Shown piece by piece: positions 36,911-47,329 of a DNA stretch of 64,000 nt. A model generated the notes under the pieces. The model ran no database searches. It worked only from the letters and a program-made list of their open reading frames with translations, and was not told where the DNA came from. This stretch comes from an uncultured virus (IMG/VR IMGVR_UViG_3300007171_000012) (lineage: Duplodnaviria; Heunggongvirae; Uroviricota; Caudoviricetes). Within the stretch, counting starts at the first letter, position 1, and every line of letters starts with the position of its first letter. Location of the stretch: IMG/VR virus record IMGVR_UViG_3300007171_000012; one strand, written 5' to 3'. Both the position numbers and the translations under genes were made by a program.

Positions 36911-37881
36911 GTGAAGAAGAATATATTGGAATAGTCGGAGAAATCTTTGATGGTTATACAGAATTCGAATATTTTGGATCTGCTGTATATCTAAAACATT
37001 TTTCTATCCGAGATCAAAGATATATTCATCGTTACTACGAAAAGTATAAAACAATTGCAATGAACAAAGGCATCCCCTCGGAAGAGGAGATGCTTTTGCA
37101 GTTAAAAGAAGACGGCTTATGGTCAGATAAAGAAGAAGATCAAATTGCCTCGTTGAAATCTGAGATAGATGCATTATCTCAAACTAAAAAGAAACTAATT
37201 CTTCCATCTCAGAAAAACGATCTGCAAAAACAGATTGATGAGAAAAATGTAGAATTGAATAAATTGTTAAAAATGCGCAGAGATGTTGTTGGAAAAACGG
37301 CGGAAGAATATGCATCTGCAAGAGCAAATGAAGAATTTATTCGATATATTGTTTATAAAGATCCTCAGTTGACGCAGCACTATTTTACTGACGATCAGTT
37401 TGCAAACTTGAGTGATGATGAAATAGCTCCGCTTTTAAAGCAATATGAAATATGCGGAAAAAGACTATGCGAAGAAAATATCCAACATGTTGTTTTAAGA
37501 GATTTCTTTAATATGTATATTTCTCAAACTGAAGATGTTTCCGCTTTTTATGGAAAGCCTATTGTGCAGCTTTCAGCTTATCAATTAAAATTAGCTTTAT
37601 ATGCTAGAATCTTCTTTAATATTTTCCAGTATAACGAGGATATTCCAGAGCATATCAAAAAAGACCCAACAGCCGTTTTAAATTTCTCAGAAAATAAAAA
37701 GAATAAAACTTCACCAACCAATTTTGCTAGCAAAGAAACTGGCGCAACGGCAGTATTTGGCGCTACACAAGAAGATTTAGAATTTATTGATCCAAATGCA
37801 AAAACTTTAAAATTATCTGACGAACTCAAAAAACAAGGAGGATCAATGAATATGGAGCAATTGATGGAATTAATGGGGTAA
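36907..37881 (+). CDS. putative tail assembly chaperone 2
   Basis: GTGA overlap; immediately upstream of the TMP. Confidence 0.5.
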   Translation: MSEEEYIGIVGEIFDGYTEFEYFGSAVYLKHFSIRDQRYIHRYYEKYKTIAMNKGIPSEEEMLLQLKEDGLWSDKEEDQIASLKSEIDALSQTKKKLILPSQKNDLQKQIDEKNVELNKLLKMRRDVVGKTAEEYASARANEEFIRYIVYKDPQLTQHYFTDDQFANLSDDEIAPLLKQYEICGKRLCEENIQHVVLRDFFNMYISQTEDVSAFYGKPIVQLSAYQLKLALYARIFFNIFQYNEDIPEHIKKDPTAVLNFSENKKNKTSPTNFASKETGATAVFGATQEDLEFIDPNAKTLKLSDELKKQGGSMNMEQLMELMG

Positions 37882-37929
37882 TATATTGTTTTTTTTGTGT
37901 AAATATGTCAAAGGGAATAAGGACCGTAT

Positions 37930-40900
37930 ATGCAATCAATTCAGTTACCAGTAACTCAAGTAGGATTAGAGCAAAGTATTCAACAAGCGTTAAAAACTGC
38001 TGGACGTAATGCTCAGATCAATTTGGGAACCAATAGCCGACAAATCAATGCGTTGGCACAACCATTAGGAAGAATTACTGGGCAAGCAGACGAGTTCACG
38101 AAATCTATGGAAGCCGCGAATGCGCGTGTATTCGCTTTCGGAGCTTCAGTTGGTGTTATTAATGGCGTATCTAAAGCTTTTCAAGCATTGGTAAAAAATA
38201 CAATTGCCACAGAAAAAGCTTTAACCGATATTAATATCAACTTGAAACAAAGTTCTAGCGAGCTTGATAAATTTGGCAATAATCTTTTCAACTTGGCTAA
38301 ATCTACAGGCCAATCATTTGAAACAGTTGCAGAAGGAGCTTTGGAACTTTCCAGACAAGGTTTAGATGCACAAAAAGTTTTAAAAAGACTCAATGATGCT
38401 CTTATCTTATCAAGACTTTCTGGGCTGGATGCGCAACAATCTGTTGAAGGTTTGACTGCTGCTATCAATTCATTTGCAGATGCTGGGATTACAAGCTCCC
38501 AGATTTTGAATAAATTGGTTGTTGTTTCTCAGCAATACGCTGTTTCTGAACGAGATCTTATCGAAGGTATCAAACGTTCCGCTTCTGTTGCTGATCAAGC
38601 TGGAGTTTCATTTGATGAGCTTGTAGGTATTATTACAACAGTTCAAGAAAGAACTGCGCGTGGTGGTGCTGTTATTGGTAACGCTTTTAAAACAATTTTC
38701 TCCAAGATCCAAGATAAAGGAGCTTTAGAAGATCTTGATAACTTAGGAATCCAAGTGGTAGATACTGCTGGAAAAATTTTACCAGCAACAGAAATTCTCC
38801 AAAATTTAGCTAAGGAATTTCAAGGATTAAGCCAAACTAAACAAGCAGATATTTCCAAAAAACTTGGTGGTGTTTATCAATTGTCTAACTTACTTGCCGC
38901 TGTTAAAGATTTGGGAAGCGAACAATCAAAATATGCTGATATTGTTAAACTATCTCAAGGAGCGACTTCAGAAGCTTATAAAAAGAATGCCGCATTAAAT
39001 GAAACACTTTCAGCAATCATTAATAAAGTTTCTATTAGCGCCGAACAATTGGGAGCTACATTAGGCAAAATTGGAATTACTGATAATTTAAGAGATTTGC
39101 TTAATTTCTTTGGAGGTTTATTGGATAGTATCCAAAATATCTTGGGCGAAGAAAGTGCGATGGGTGGATTTGTTCGCGGATTAGTTAAAGGAATTGGAAA
39201 CTTGATTAGTGGACCAGGTTTAGCTTTATTTGGAGCTATTATTGTTAAACTATCTAAGGATCTGGTTCAATTCGGCTTCTCAAGTTTAAAAGGTTTCTTC
39301 GGAATTGGAAAAGCTGCAAAAGATATTGCAGATGTTGAAAAAGCAATCAATACAGCATTAGCTACTAATATCGGTTTGCAGCAAAAACTATTTTCATTAG
39401 AAGGAAACAGAGCAGGTCAATTAAAAGTTATTACTGATGCTTTAATTCAACAAGAAGCCGTAATCAGAAGAAGTGCTGCTATTTCTAAAGATTTAGCTAG
39501 CCCTTCATATGGATTAGGGATAAGAGCGACAGGGCAAGGTCTTAGAGTGCCAGAAAAGAATGCGGCGGCTGGATATATGCCAGCGTTAGCTAAAGAAAGC
39601 TCTGACATTAGCAGAGGTGTTGGTGGAGCAAGATCAGGCGACAAGCCTGTGGTTATTCCGAACTTCAATTTTGGCGGCGGCAAAAAAGGATCTATTGTTG
39701 CTCATACAGGAGAATATGCAATTCCTAATTTCGCAGGAAGTGGTGGCACAGCTATTTTCAACCGAGATATGGTTAAAAAAATGGGTCTTCCTGCTGGAGC
39801 TAAAAAAATTGGAGCGGCAGGGGGATTGATTCCTAATTTTGCAGCAGCATCAAGGGATTTATTTGTAGATCGTGTTGGACTATCTGGTAAAACAGTTAAG
39901 GGCGAATGGAATGCTTTTATTAATGATAACCCAAATTTAAATATAAATGATAAAAAAAATCCATACTCAAGTTTAGGAGACGAAACTGTTCGCGAGGCTT
40001 ATCTAAACTGGAGATCTAGCGGAGAAAAATCTCTCCAAAGAAGAATAAAAGAAGAAGAGTCTATTAAATTAATGCAAGGAGATTATTCATCTAATATTGC
40101 GTTATTATATCCATCTTCTAAACAAAAAACAGGTTTTGCAACAACTAAAGGCGGTAATATTATTAAGATTGCATCTGTTGTTTCTCATCCTGATGATTTT
40201 CTATATAAAGAATTACGACAATCTTTCATAAACACATCTAGAAATTATGTAAAAAATATAGGAATAAATCCAGATGTAGTTGATGACCAAAAATTCTTAG
40301 ATATTGCTAATAAAACGCTCAACGAAGGAACTTTACAGAGTGCTGTTGGAAATGTTTTTGAAACAGCCTTGCAAGCTGCCTCTGGAATTCAAAGTAAAAA
40401 ATCAAATGCGAATTTTGATATTCTTGGAGAAGGATCAATTAAAGGATTTGCGGCATCTTTTGGGAGCGCCAATGGTTTACAACCAAATAGTCATTTAAGC
40501 AATGTTTTAAATAGAGTTAAAGCTTTAGATTTCAAAAACGCTTTAAATAATGACAATATAAATTCATTTGATACTAAAATCAAGAATGCAATTCAGATGG
40601 GCGAAATAAAAACGCCCAAACTAGAAAATAAAGCATCAGGCTATATTCCCAATTATGTTTCTAAATCGAGAGAAATAGGAAGAGGAGTGCAGGGCGCATT
40701 TTATAGACTTGGAGAAAAAGATGGAACTCAAGTTGGCGTCAAGAAATTTTTTAAGGATGGACCTAGTAAAGCAGTAGAGTTCGAATGGCTCGTTTCTGAA
40801 TTTATAAATAAATATGCAAATATTCCAAGCATATTTGGACCTAAAAATTTATCTAGCCTTGAAGATTCAAAAAGAAAACTATCTATTAGAAAAGAAGTCA

Positions 40901-43900
40901 TATCTGATCCTTTGGCAAAAACCGCATTAGGATCGCAGGTTTCTGAATCTTTTGGAAGAAGAGTTTTATTTAGCGCACTTGGAGCTAGAGGTTTGAGCAT
41001 AGAAGATCTACACGGCTCAAACTATACAGTAAACAAAAATGCTGAAAATCAAATAGATCAATTGAGAAATTATCCTCAAAATGCTGTTGGCGCATTTGCT
41101 ACTTTGAGGAGTATGGCTGCTGCTGGCGCAAAAATTGGAATTCTTGATCCTGGGGCCGCTAAAGTTTCTGGTATTGCGAGAGATATAATAGGCAAAATTC
41201 TCATAAAACAAACTCAACAAAAAACAGCCGCAAATGGTTTTATTCCAAACTTTGCACAAAAAAGCTTTTGGGTAGAAGATAATTATGGATCGCTATACAG
41301 ACGATACAAGACTGAAAAAGGCAGCACTTTAGATTTTGAAGTAGATGATTTTATGGATGAAAAATCCTTAAAAATTGACTATATAACTTCAAAAAAGAAA
41401 GGAGACGCTTATAAATTATTTTTACAATTAGCAAAATTATCAAAAAGAACAAAATTACCTATTCTTAGTGATCAACTCGTTTCTCAAAAAGAGAGAAAAA
41501 TCTCAAGATCAAAAAAGCCTATTGATTTTAATAAAATGAGTAATTGGGACGAGTTGATTTATAGTTTCCCTCAACTTAAATATAGACAGATTCCAAATCT
41601 TGTAACATCAGGTTCTTTTGGTGGTAATGATTTCGAAACCATTGAAGAGTTAAAGAAGTTTGTAACTGAAATGCCAAAAAAAGAATTCCAACGAACACTA
41701 TTTTCTGGTATTGGGGGCTTAACTTCGAAATATGCAGCGAGAGGATTCTTACCTAATTTTGCTGATCCTCTCAAGCAGGCAATTAGCCGCGAAATGGCGG
41801 CTGGAGTTCCTTCTTCGCAGATCTATATTGATAAGAGTCCTTCGCTCAAGAACGCGGCAAACCCAATGGGTTTGATGGTCGCTAATCGTCGTGATGAACC
41901 AATGGGTGGGCATCAAGGTGTTAGCCGTGCAATCAAAGAAGGGCGTAATCCAAAGACTTATGGTGCGGCTAGTGGATTTGTGCCGAATTATGCTGCAAAA
42001 ATTCCAGAAATCGCTGGTCAAGTGGCAAGTTCATTAGGAGGTGGCACAAAGTTTGGATCTGATGTTGAAAAAGCTATTAATGAATTTGGAAAAAAAGCTA
42101 TTGCGGCTGGTGGCAATATGGATAAGCTATCTAAAAAACTAGAGGCTGCATTAGTAGCTTTGGGTAATAGCACTGATGTTTCAAAAAAGGTTGCTGATGA
42201 ATCTAAAAAACAAGCGGAATCTATAAAGCAAGCAAGAGAAATTGCGGCTCAAGAAGCTAAAGCAAAAAGAGAAGCTTTAGCAGCTAAAAAATTAAATAAT
42301 CAAGGATTATCTCAAACAACAGACTCAGATAATAAAAGCGCAGCAGATTTTGTTGGTAAGGTTTTCTTATTTCAGTCTGTAGCTTCAGCATTAACTGGAG
42401 TGTTTTCTGAGCTTGGAGAATCTGGGCAAAAATTAGCTCAAGGATTAAATGATGTAAGTTTTGGAGTTTTGAGTTTCAATGAATTCACCAAAATGGGCAG
42501 GCAAATGAGAAAAGAGCCTAAGTCTGAACTTCAAAACTCTTTAGAAAATTTCAATACAGCAAGAAAATCTGGGGCATCAGCGGCAGATTTAGCTGATGCA
42601 GCATCAGCAATTTCTTCTTCTGGTGGAGGAATGATAACAAGCAAACTTGCAAATGCAGCTTCTAAAACAGGGGTAGTAGGTAAAGTCGCAGGAGGGACTT
42701 TAGGAGCTATTACTAAAATAGGACCATTGTTTGGAAAAATGCTTCCAGTTATAGGGCAAGTTATAACAGCATTTCAAGCTGTAAATGCAATTGGAAAAAT
42801 ATTTGGAAAAGATTTGGCTGGATGGCTCATGGATCTAGGAACAGGTTTTGCTAGAGCGCTTAACATTATTGATACAGAAGCTGAAGCGGCTGCAAAATCA
42901 TTATCTAAAATAACTAGTAGCAAGATCGAAGGATTCGGAAAAGGACAGTTTAATACTGGAGAAAGTGCATTAGGTAGTTTCATGGCTACCTATATGACAG
43001 AAGGCGAAAAAAAGCAATTAAGAGATAAATATAAAATTTCTAGCGATGCATCCCAAGCTGAATATGCTGCAAAAGCAAATGCTCAACAATTCGAATTCGC
43101 TACATTTAAAAATAATAAAGAATTTTTAGCACGACAAGCTTCAATATCTGAAGCTCAATTACAAGAACAATATAATGTGGGAGGCCCGACAGCGCTTCAA
43201 AAGAAATATACAGTTGGAACTACTAATCTAGAATCTGGCACCGCTAAATTATCTTCTGAAGATGTTTACAAAGGATTTAGCGATTTGCAATTTAAAGCTC
43301 TAACTGCTTTTGAAACAGATTTGGTTGATAAGTTATCAAGTGAAGAATCTAGACAAAAATATGAAAAAGCTGTTTCGGCAGGATTAAAAGGAATCGAATT
43401 AGATCCATTCATTAATGATTTATTTGCTTCTGTAAATACAAATATAGCAGGAAATCCAGAATTAAAAAAGAAAATAGATGAAGCTCGAAAATCAATCGCT
43501 GAATCTGGAAATCTTAATGATGCTGGAAAAAAACAAGAATTAGCAAAAAAACTTTTAGATATTTTTCAAGATACTACAAAAGAAGCTAAAATACAAGAAT
43601 CAGTTAATCTTATTAATTTACAATTAGCAGAGCAAAAATTAGATAATGCTATCAAATATAAATTAGCTTTATTAGATATTAATAGCCAACAAGATTTATT
43701 ACTATCTATAGAAAAAGAATTAATTAATACAACAGATGCGAGAAAAATATCAATTGATCGTGAATTATCTGCTAGAAAAAGTTCTATTGAACTAGTTAAG
43801 CAACAAGCGGGTGCAGCAGCAGATTTTTTAAGAAGTCAAGAAGCTATCAAAAACGCTGTTGGAGAAGCTATTGCTGGAAAAATAAACGAGAAGAGCTTTG

Positions 43901-46900
43901 AAAAAATTCGTGGATTAGTGGATTCAATAACCGAACAAATCATTCAACAACAAGGCTATAATTCTCAAATTAAAAATTCTTTAGAAGATCAATTAAAATC
44001 TATATTTGGAGAAGGAGAAGCTTATAAAAAGATTTTAAATTTATTAGACAGCCAATTAAATTCAATTGCTGATCAAATCAAATTAACGAAAATACAAGAA
44101 GATTTAACCAAAAAAACAACTGCTATTGTTGAAGCTAAGAATTCTGCTTTGAATAACGAAAGAAATTTTAGATTACAAAATATTGATTTGCTCAAAGAGG
44201 AGCTTTCATATGAAGAAAAGTTATTAAATATAAGAGATGATAGCTTTAAAAATAGAGCAGAACAATTAAAATCTATTGCTCCGAAAGGAATGCAAGATAA
44301 TATTGATGTCTTAATTAATAAAAAAGAAAGATCTTCTGTTGTATTAAAAGCTCAAAATCAACAGCAAACAATTTTTAGAAATCTTCAAAAAGATTTATTA
44401 TCTAATGCTCTTGAAAAAAATCTTGGACAAGGGCTTGTGTCTAAAATTGAGAAAGCAAGTTCTATTAATGAACTCGCAAATTTAGGAAAAGATATTGCTG
44501 AAGCTGAAAAAAATGCTGCAATTATAAAATTAGATGCAGCTTTTAGTTCGCAGAAATTAGTTGTCGATTCCGCAGACTATTTTTACAAAAAAATAATTGC
44601 ATCAGCAGATTATTTAAAAAGCGGATCTTCACAAACAGATTTTATAGAAAATCAAATAAGTAATCTTAAAACTTTAGCGGAACAAGGTGTCCCTGGAGCC
44701 GAAGATTCTTTAAAACAAATGATGAGCATAAAAAATGCTCCAGATATTGAAGAAGACTATAGAAAATCTAGAGCGCAATTAGAGCAGTCTAATTTTTCTC
44801 AATCCACAGCGCAAATTGGTTCGGCAATGAACGAAGCTTCTCTTGCTACGGAAGAAATGATAAGCAAGTTAGAACAGTTAAATCCAGCATTCCTTAATGC
44901 ATCAAAAGATTTAGAAAAGCAATTCAATAAATTATTGTTATCATTCACTGGATCAATGGCCGAAAAACAAAGAGAAAACATTGCTCTTTCGGGCCGTATT
45001 GAAAGACTTAGCATGCAAAAAGATTTTGAATTACAAAATCCAAAAAACTTTGCGGGAATAACCGATCCTCAAGAATACCTTAACAAGCAACAGCAGATTG
45101 AAAAAGAATTCTTTGATAAAACTCAACAACTTGAATTTGAAAAAGCGGCAAAAGAAGCAGAAATTCAATTTAAAACAGAGCAAATGACTTTGGAGAATAC
45201 GAAACAATTGGCTGCAAATACAGAAGCTTTACAAAAGTTATATGATGCTTTAGCAAAAGAAGTTGCTGAATCACCAGCAAACACTCCAATGCAAAATAGA
45301 GACTTGACTGGAGTGGATACAGCGCATTTGCGCAAATTAATTGCCTCTGAAGTTGGCGGTCAATCTCAAGATGCGCAAGCGGCATTTTTATCGACTGTTT
45401 TCAATAGAGCATCTATGTATGGACAAAGTGTTGATAGTGTAGCAAAAAATGCAAAATATTATGAACCACTTAAAAATCCAGGAAGGTTTGCACAAACAAA
45501 TCCACTTACAGAAAAACAATTTAAAGATCTTTTTAATAATCCAAATATCAATTCTCCATACACTCACAATGTGCAAGCAGGATCGCAATTGGAAAAGAAT
45601 TTGCAACCTGAAATGGGATTATCAAAAACCATTAATGGAGAAACATTCTATACAAAAAATTGGGAAAAAAGCCCTGATAAAGCATGGGCCGAAGTTCAGA
45701 AATTGTCTATGATGTCGGGAGATCTCAGCGAAGCTGCTCAAAAAGCTGCCGAAGCTATTGGATATACTGGAGATGCTGCAATAGAAAAAGCTACAGAATT
45801 GACTAAAGCCGCAGAAGGACTCAGAAATATAAAAGCAACCCAATTTGAAAGTGGTAAAACTTTAAAAACAAAGTTCGATATTCAAACAGCACAGGCACAA
45901 CCAGGATCTTTCAAAGAGGGGATGACAAATGCATTTCGCGAATTGAATAAGAGCGTCCAAGAATTTGAATCTAAACTTGGGCAAGAAATTCCTGCTATGT
46001 TTGCGAGTGGAATGGCAAATGCCATCAATTCAGCAATCGAGGGAACTGCATCGCTAGGAGATGCTTTAAAAGCTGCCGCATACGAATTTGTTAAAGGAAT
46101 CAATCAAAAAATCATTGGCAATTTAGTTGATAAAGCTGTAGGTGGTTTGGGTAATTTGATTCCAAGTTTCTCTTCATTGTTCAGGGCTTCTGGAGGAGCA
46201 ATCGTTGGAGGCTCTGGAAATAAGGACGATGTTCCAGCTATGCTTATGGGCGGTGAATTTGTTATGAACAAAAAAGCTGTTCAAAAGTATGGACCAGATT
46301 TCTTGAATGCTCTTAATAGTGGATCTATAAGCGGATATGCAAAAGGTGGACCAGTTCAAAAAGGCCCACAAGGCAATTTCTATACACCAGGTCAATATGG
46401 ATTAGGAGCGATCTCTGGTTCTAAAAACTTGTTAGGTTTTGCTACACAATCTTATACTACAGGCAAAAGAGATGAAATTATCAATAGCGGAAATTATGCT
46501 TCTATTAATTTGGAAGCTGAAAGCGCAAGATTGACAAATTTTGGAAGACAGAATAGCCCAGCGGCGGAAGCATTGCGCTCTGCAAAGGGAGAAGCTTTCT
46601 CTTTGTATTTGAGAGATTATGAAGCCAAAAAAGAAGAGCAAAAGAAACAAAAGGAGCAATCAAAAGCTTTGAGAAATCAATTATTGATGCTTGGTATTTC
46701 TGTTGTTGGTGGTTCTTTGGTTAAGTCTGCGGTAACTGGTTTTAATAATGGATATACTCAAGCTCAAAATTTAGGGCAAGGATATATGTCATCCATTGGT
46801 TCTGGAATAAATGGAGTATGGAGTGGATATAACGGATCTGGAGGTCTATCTAATATATTTAGCGATACAGCATTCACTCCTCGCGCAAAAATTGTTGGTG

Positions 46901-47328
46901 ATGTTAATGGAATGGCATTTGAAAAGTATAGAGCTACAGGTGGACCAATTCCTTCAACATCAGGCATCGACACGGTATCAACAATGCTTTCTGGTGGAGA
47001 GTTCATCATGAATCGTGCTGCTGCACAAAATATCGGTAGCGGAAATCTTCAAGCGTTGAACAGCGGAGCAAAGTCTCTTCCAACAGAAGAAAAGAGCGAA
47101 GAATTGAATGATCGTTTGATTTCCAAACTTGATGAATTGATTGAAGCATCTGGTTCTGCTGGAAACATCACAATTAACGTAGAAGGCGGCTCTGGCAAGT
47201 CTTCTGAGACTTCTGACGGTAATGGCTCAGAAGGGAAGCAACAACTCGCTAGACAGATCAGAGACGCAGTTCTCAAGGTCATCCAAGAAGAAAAGAGACT
47301 CGGCGGGCAATTAAGAAGAGGAATGTAA
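37930..47328 (+). CDS. tape measure protein (TP901-type core) with embedded enzymatic modules
   Basis: ELSRQG, TARGGAVIGNAFKTIF core; long helical body; two GG..D.V..ML.GGEF.MN..A repeats near the C-terminus. Confidence 0.92.
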   Translation: MQSIQLPVTQVGLEQSIQQALKTAGRNAQINLGTNSRQINALAQPLGRITGQADEFTKSMEAANARVFAFGASVGVINGVSKAFQALVKNTIATEKALTDININLKQSSSELDKFGNNLFNLAKSTGQSFETVAEGALELSRQGLDAQKVLKRLNDALILSRLSGLDAQQSVEGLTAAINSFADAGITSSQILNKLVVVSQQYAVSERDLIEGIKRSASVADQAGVSFDELVGIITTVQERTARGGAVIGNAFKTIFSKIQDKGALEDLDNLGIQVVDTAGKILPATEILQNLAKEFQGLSQTKQADISKKLGGVYQLSNLLAAVKDLGSEQSKYADIVKLSQGATSEAYKKNAALNETLSAIINKVSISAEQLGATLGKIGITDNLRDLLNFFGGLLDSIQNILGEESAMGGFVRGLVKGIGNLISGPGLALFGAIIVKLSKDLVQFGFSSLKGFFGIGKAAKDIADVEKAINTALATNIGLQQKLFSLEGNRAGQLKVITDALIQQEAVIRRSAAISKDLASPSYGLGIRATGQGLRVPEKNAAAGYMPALAKESSDISRGVGGARSGDKPVVIPNFNFGGGKKGSIVAHTGEYAIPNFAGSGGTAIFNRDMVKKMGLPAGAKKIGAAGGLIPNFAAASRDLFVDRVGLSGKTVKGEWNAFINDNPNLNINDKKNPYSSLGDETVREAYLNWRSSGEKSLQRRIKEEESIKLMQGDYSSNIALLYPSSKQKTGFATTKGGNIIKIASVVSHPDDFLYKELRQSFINTSRNYVKNIGINPDVVDDQKFLDIANKTLNEGTLQSAVGNVFETALQAASGIQSKKSNANFDILGEGSIKGFAASFGSANGLQPNSHLSNVLNRVKALDFKNALNNDNINSFDTKIKNAIQMGEIKTPKLENKASGYIPNYVSKSREIGRGVQGAFYRLGEKDGTQVGVKKFFKDGPSKAVEFEWLVSEFINKYANIPSIFGPKNLSSLEDSKRKLSIRKEVISDPLAKTALGSQVSESFGRRVLFSALGARGLSIEDLHGSNYTVNKNAENQIDQLRNYPQNAVGAFATLRSMAAAGAKIGILDPGAAKVSGIARDIIGKILIKQTQQKTAANGFIPNFAQKSFWVEDNYGSLYRRYKTEKGSTLDFEVDDFMDEKSLKIDYITSKKKGDAYKLFLQLAKLSKRTKLPILSDQLVSQKERKISRSKKPIDFNKMSNWDELIYSFPQLKYRQIPNLVTSGSFGGNDFETIEELKKFVTEMPKKEFQRTLFSGIGGLTSKYAARGFLPNFADPLKQAISREMAAGVPSSQIYIDKSPSLKNAANPMGLMVANRRDEPMGGHQGVSRAIKEGRNPKTYGAASGFVPNYAAKIPEIAGQVASSLGGGTKFGSDVEKAINEFGKKAIAAGGNMDKLSKKLEAALVALGNSTDVSKKVADESKKQAESIKQAREIAAQEAKAKREALAAKKLNNQGLSQTTDSDNKSAADFVGKVFLFQSVASALTGVFSELGESGQKLAQGLNDVSFGVLSFNEFTKMGRQMRKEPKSELQNSLENFNTARKSGASAADLADAASAISSSGGGMITSKLANAASKTGVVGKVAGGTLGAITKIGPLFGKMLPVIGQVITAFQAVNAIGKIFGKDLAGWLMDLGTGFARALNIIDTEAEAAAKSLSKITSSKIEGFGKGQFNTGESALGSFMATYMTEGEKKQLRDKYKISSDASQAEYAAKANAQQFEFATFKNNKEFLARQASISEAQLQEQYNVGGPTALQKKYTVGTTNLESGTAKLSSEDVYKGFSDLQFKALTAFETDLVDKLSSEESRQKYEKAVSAGLKGIELDPFINDLFASVNTNIAGNPELKKKIDEARKSIAESGNLNDAGKKQELAKKLLDIFQDTTKEAKIQESVNLINLQLAEQKLDNAIKYKLALLDINSQQDLLLSIEKELINTTDARKISIDRELSARKSSIELVKQQAGAAADFLRSQEAIKNAVGEAIAGKINEKSFEKIRGLVDSITEQIIQQQGYNSQIKNSLEDQLKSIFGEGEAYKKILNLLDSQLNSIADQIKLTKIQEDLTKKTTAIVEAKNSALNNERNFRLQNIDLLKEELSYEEKLLNIRDDSFKNRAEQLKSIAPKGMQDNIDVLINKKERSSVVLKAQNQQQTIFRNLQKDLLSNALEKNLGQGLVSKIEKASSINELANLGKDIAEAEKNAAIIKLDAAFSSQKLVVDSADYFYKKIIASADYLKSGSSQTDFIENQISNLKTLAEQGVPGAEDSLKQMMSIKNAPDIEEDYRKSRAQLEQSNFSQSTAQIGSAMNEASLATEEMISKLEQLNPAFLNASKDLEKQFNKLLLSFTGSMAEKQRENIALSGRIERLSMQKDFELQNPKNFAGITDPQEYLNKQQQIEKEFFDKTQQLEFEKAAKEAEIQFKTEQMTLENTKQLAANTEALQKLYDALAKEVAESPANTPMQNRDLTGVDTAHLRKLIASEVGGQSQDAQAAFLSTVFNRASMYGQSVDSVAKNAKYYEPLKNPGRFAQTNPLTEKQFKDLFNNPNINSPYTHNVQAGSQLEKNLQPEMGLSKTINGETFYTKNWEKSPDKAWAEVQKLSMMSGDLSEAAQKAAEAIGYTGDAAIEKATELTKAAEGLRNIKATQFESGKTLKTKFDIQTAQAQPGSFKEGMTNAFRELNKSVQEFESKLGQEIPAMFASGMANAINSAIEGTASLGDALKAAAYEFVKGINQKIIGNLVDKAVGGLGNLIPSFSSLFRASGGAIVGGSGNKDDVPAMLMGGEFVMNKKAVQKYGPDFLNALNSGSISGYAKGGPVQKGPQGNFYTPGQYGLGAISGSKNLLGFATQSYTTGKRDEIINSGNYASINLEAESARLTNFGRQNSPAAEALRSAKGEAFSLYLRDYEAKKEEQKKQKEQSKALRNQLLMLGISVVGGSLVKSAVTGFNNGYTQAQNLGQGYMSSIGSGINGVWSGYNGSGGLSNIFSDTAFTPRAKIVGDVNGMAFEKYRATGGPIPSTSGIDTVSTMLSGGEFIMNRAAAQNIGSGNLQALNSGAKSLPTEEKSEELNDRLISKLDELIEASGSAGNITINVEGGSGKSSETSDGNGSEGKQQLARQIRDAVLKVIQEEKRLGGQLRRGM

Positions 47329-47329
47329 T

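Noticed and set aside
36149..37881. Programmed frameshift between tail chaperones
   Set aside because: The genes overlap by GTGA with an independent start; no convincing slippery site was identified.
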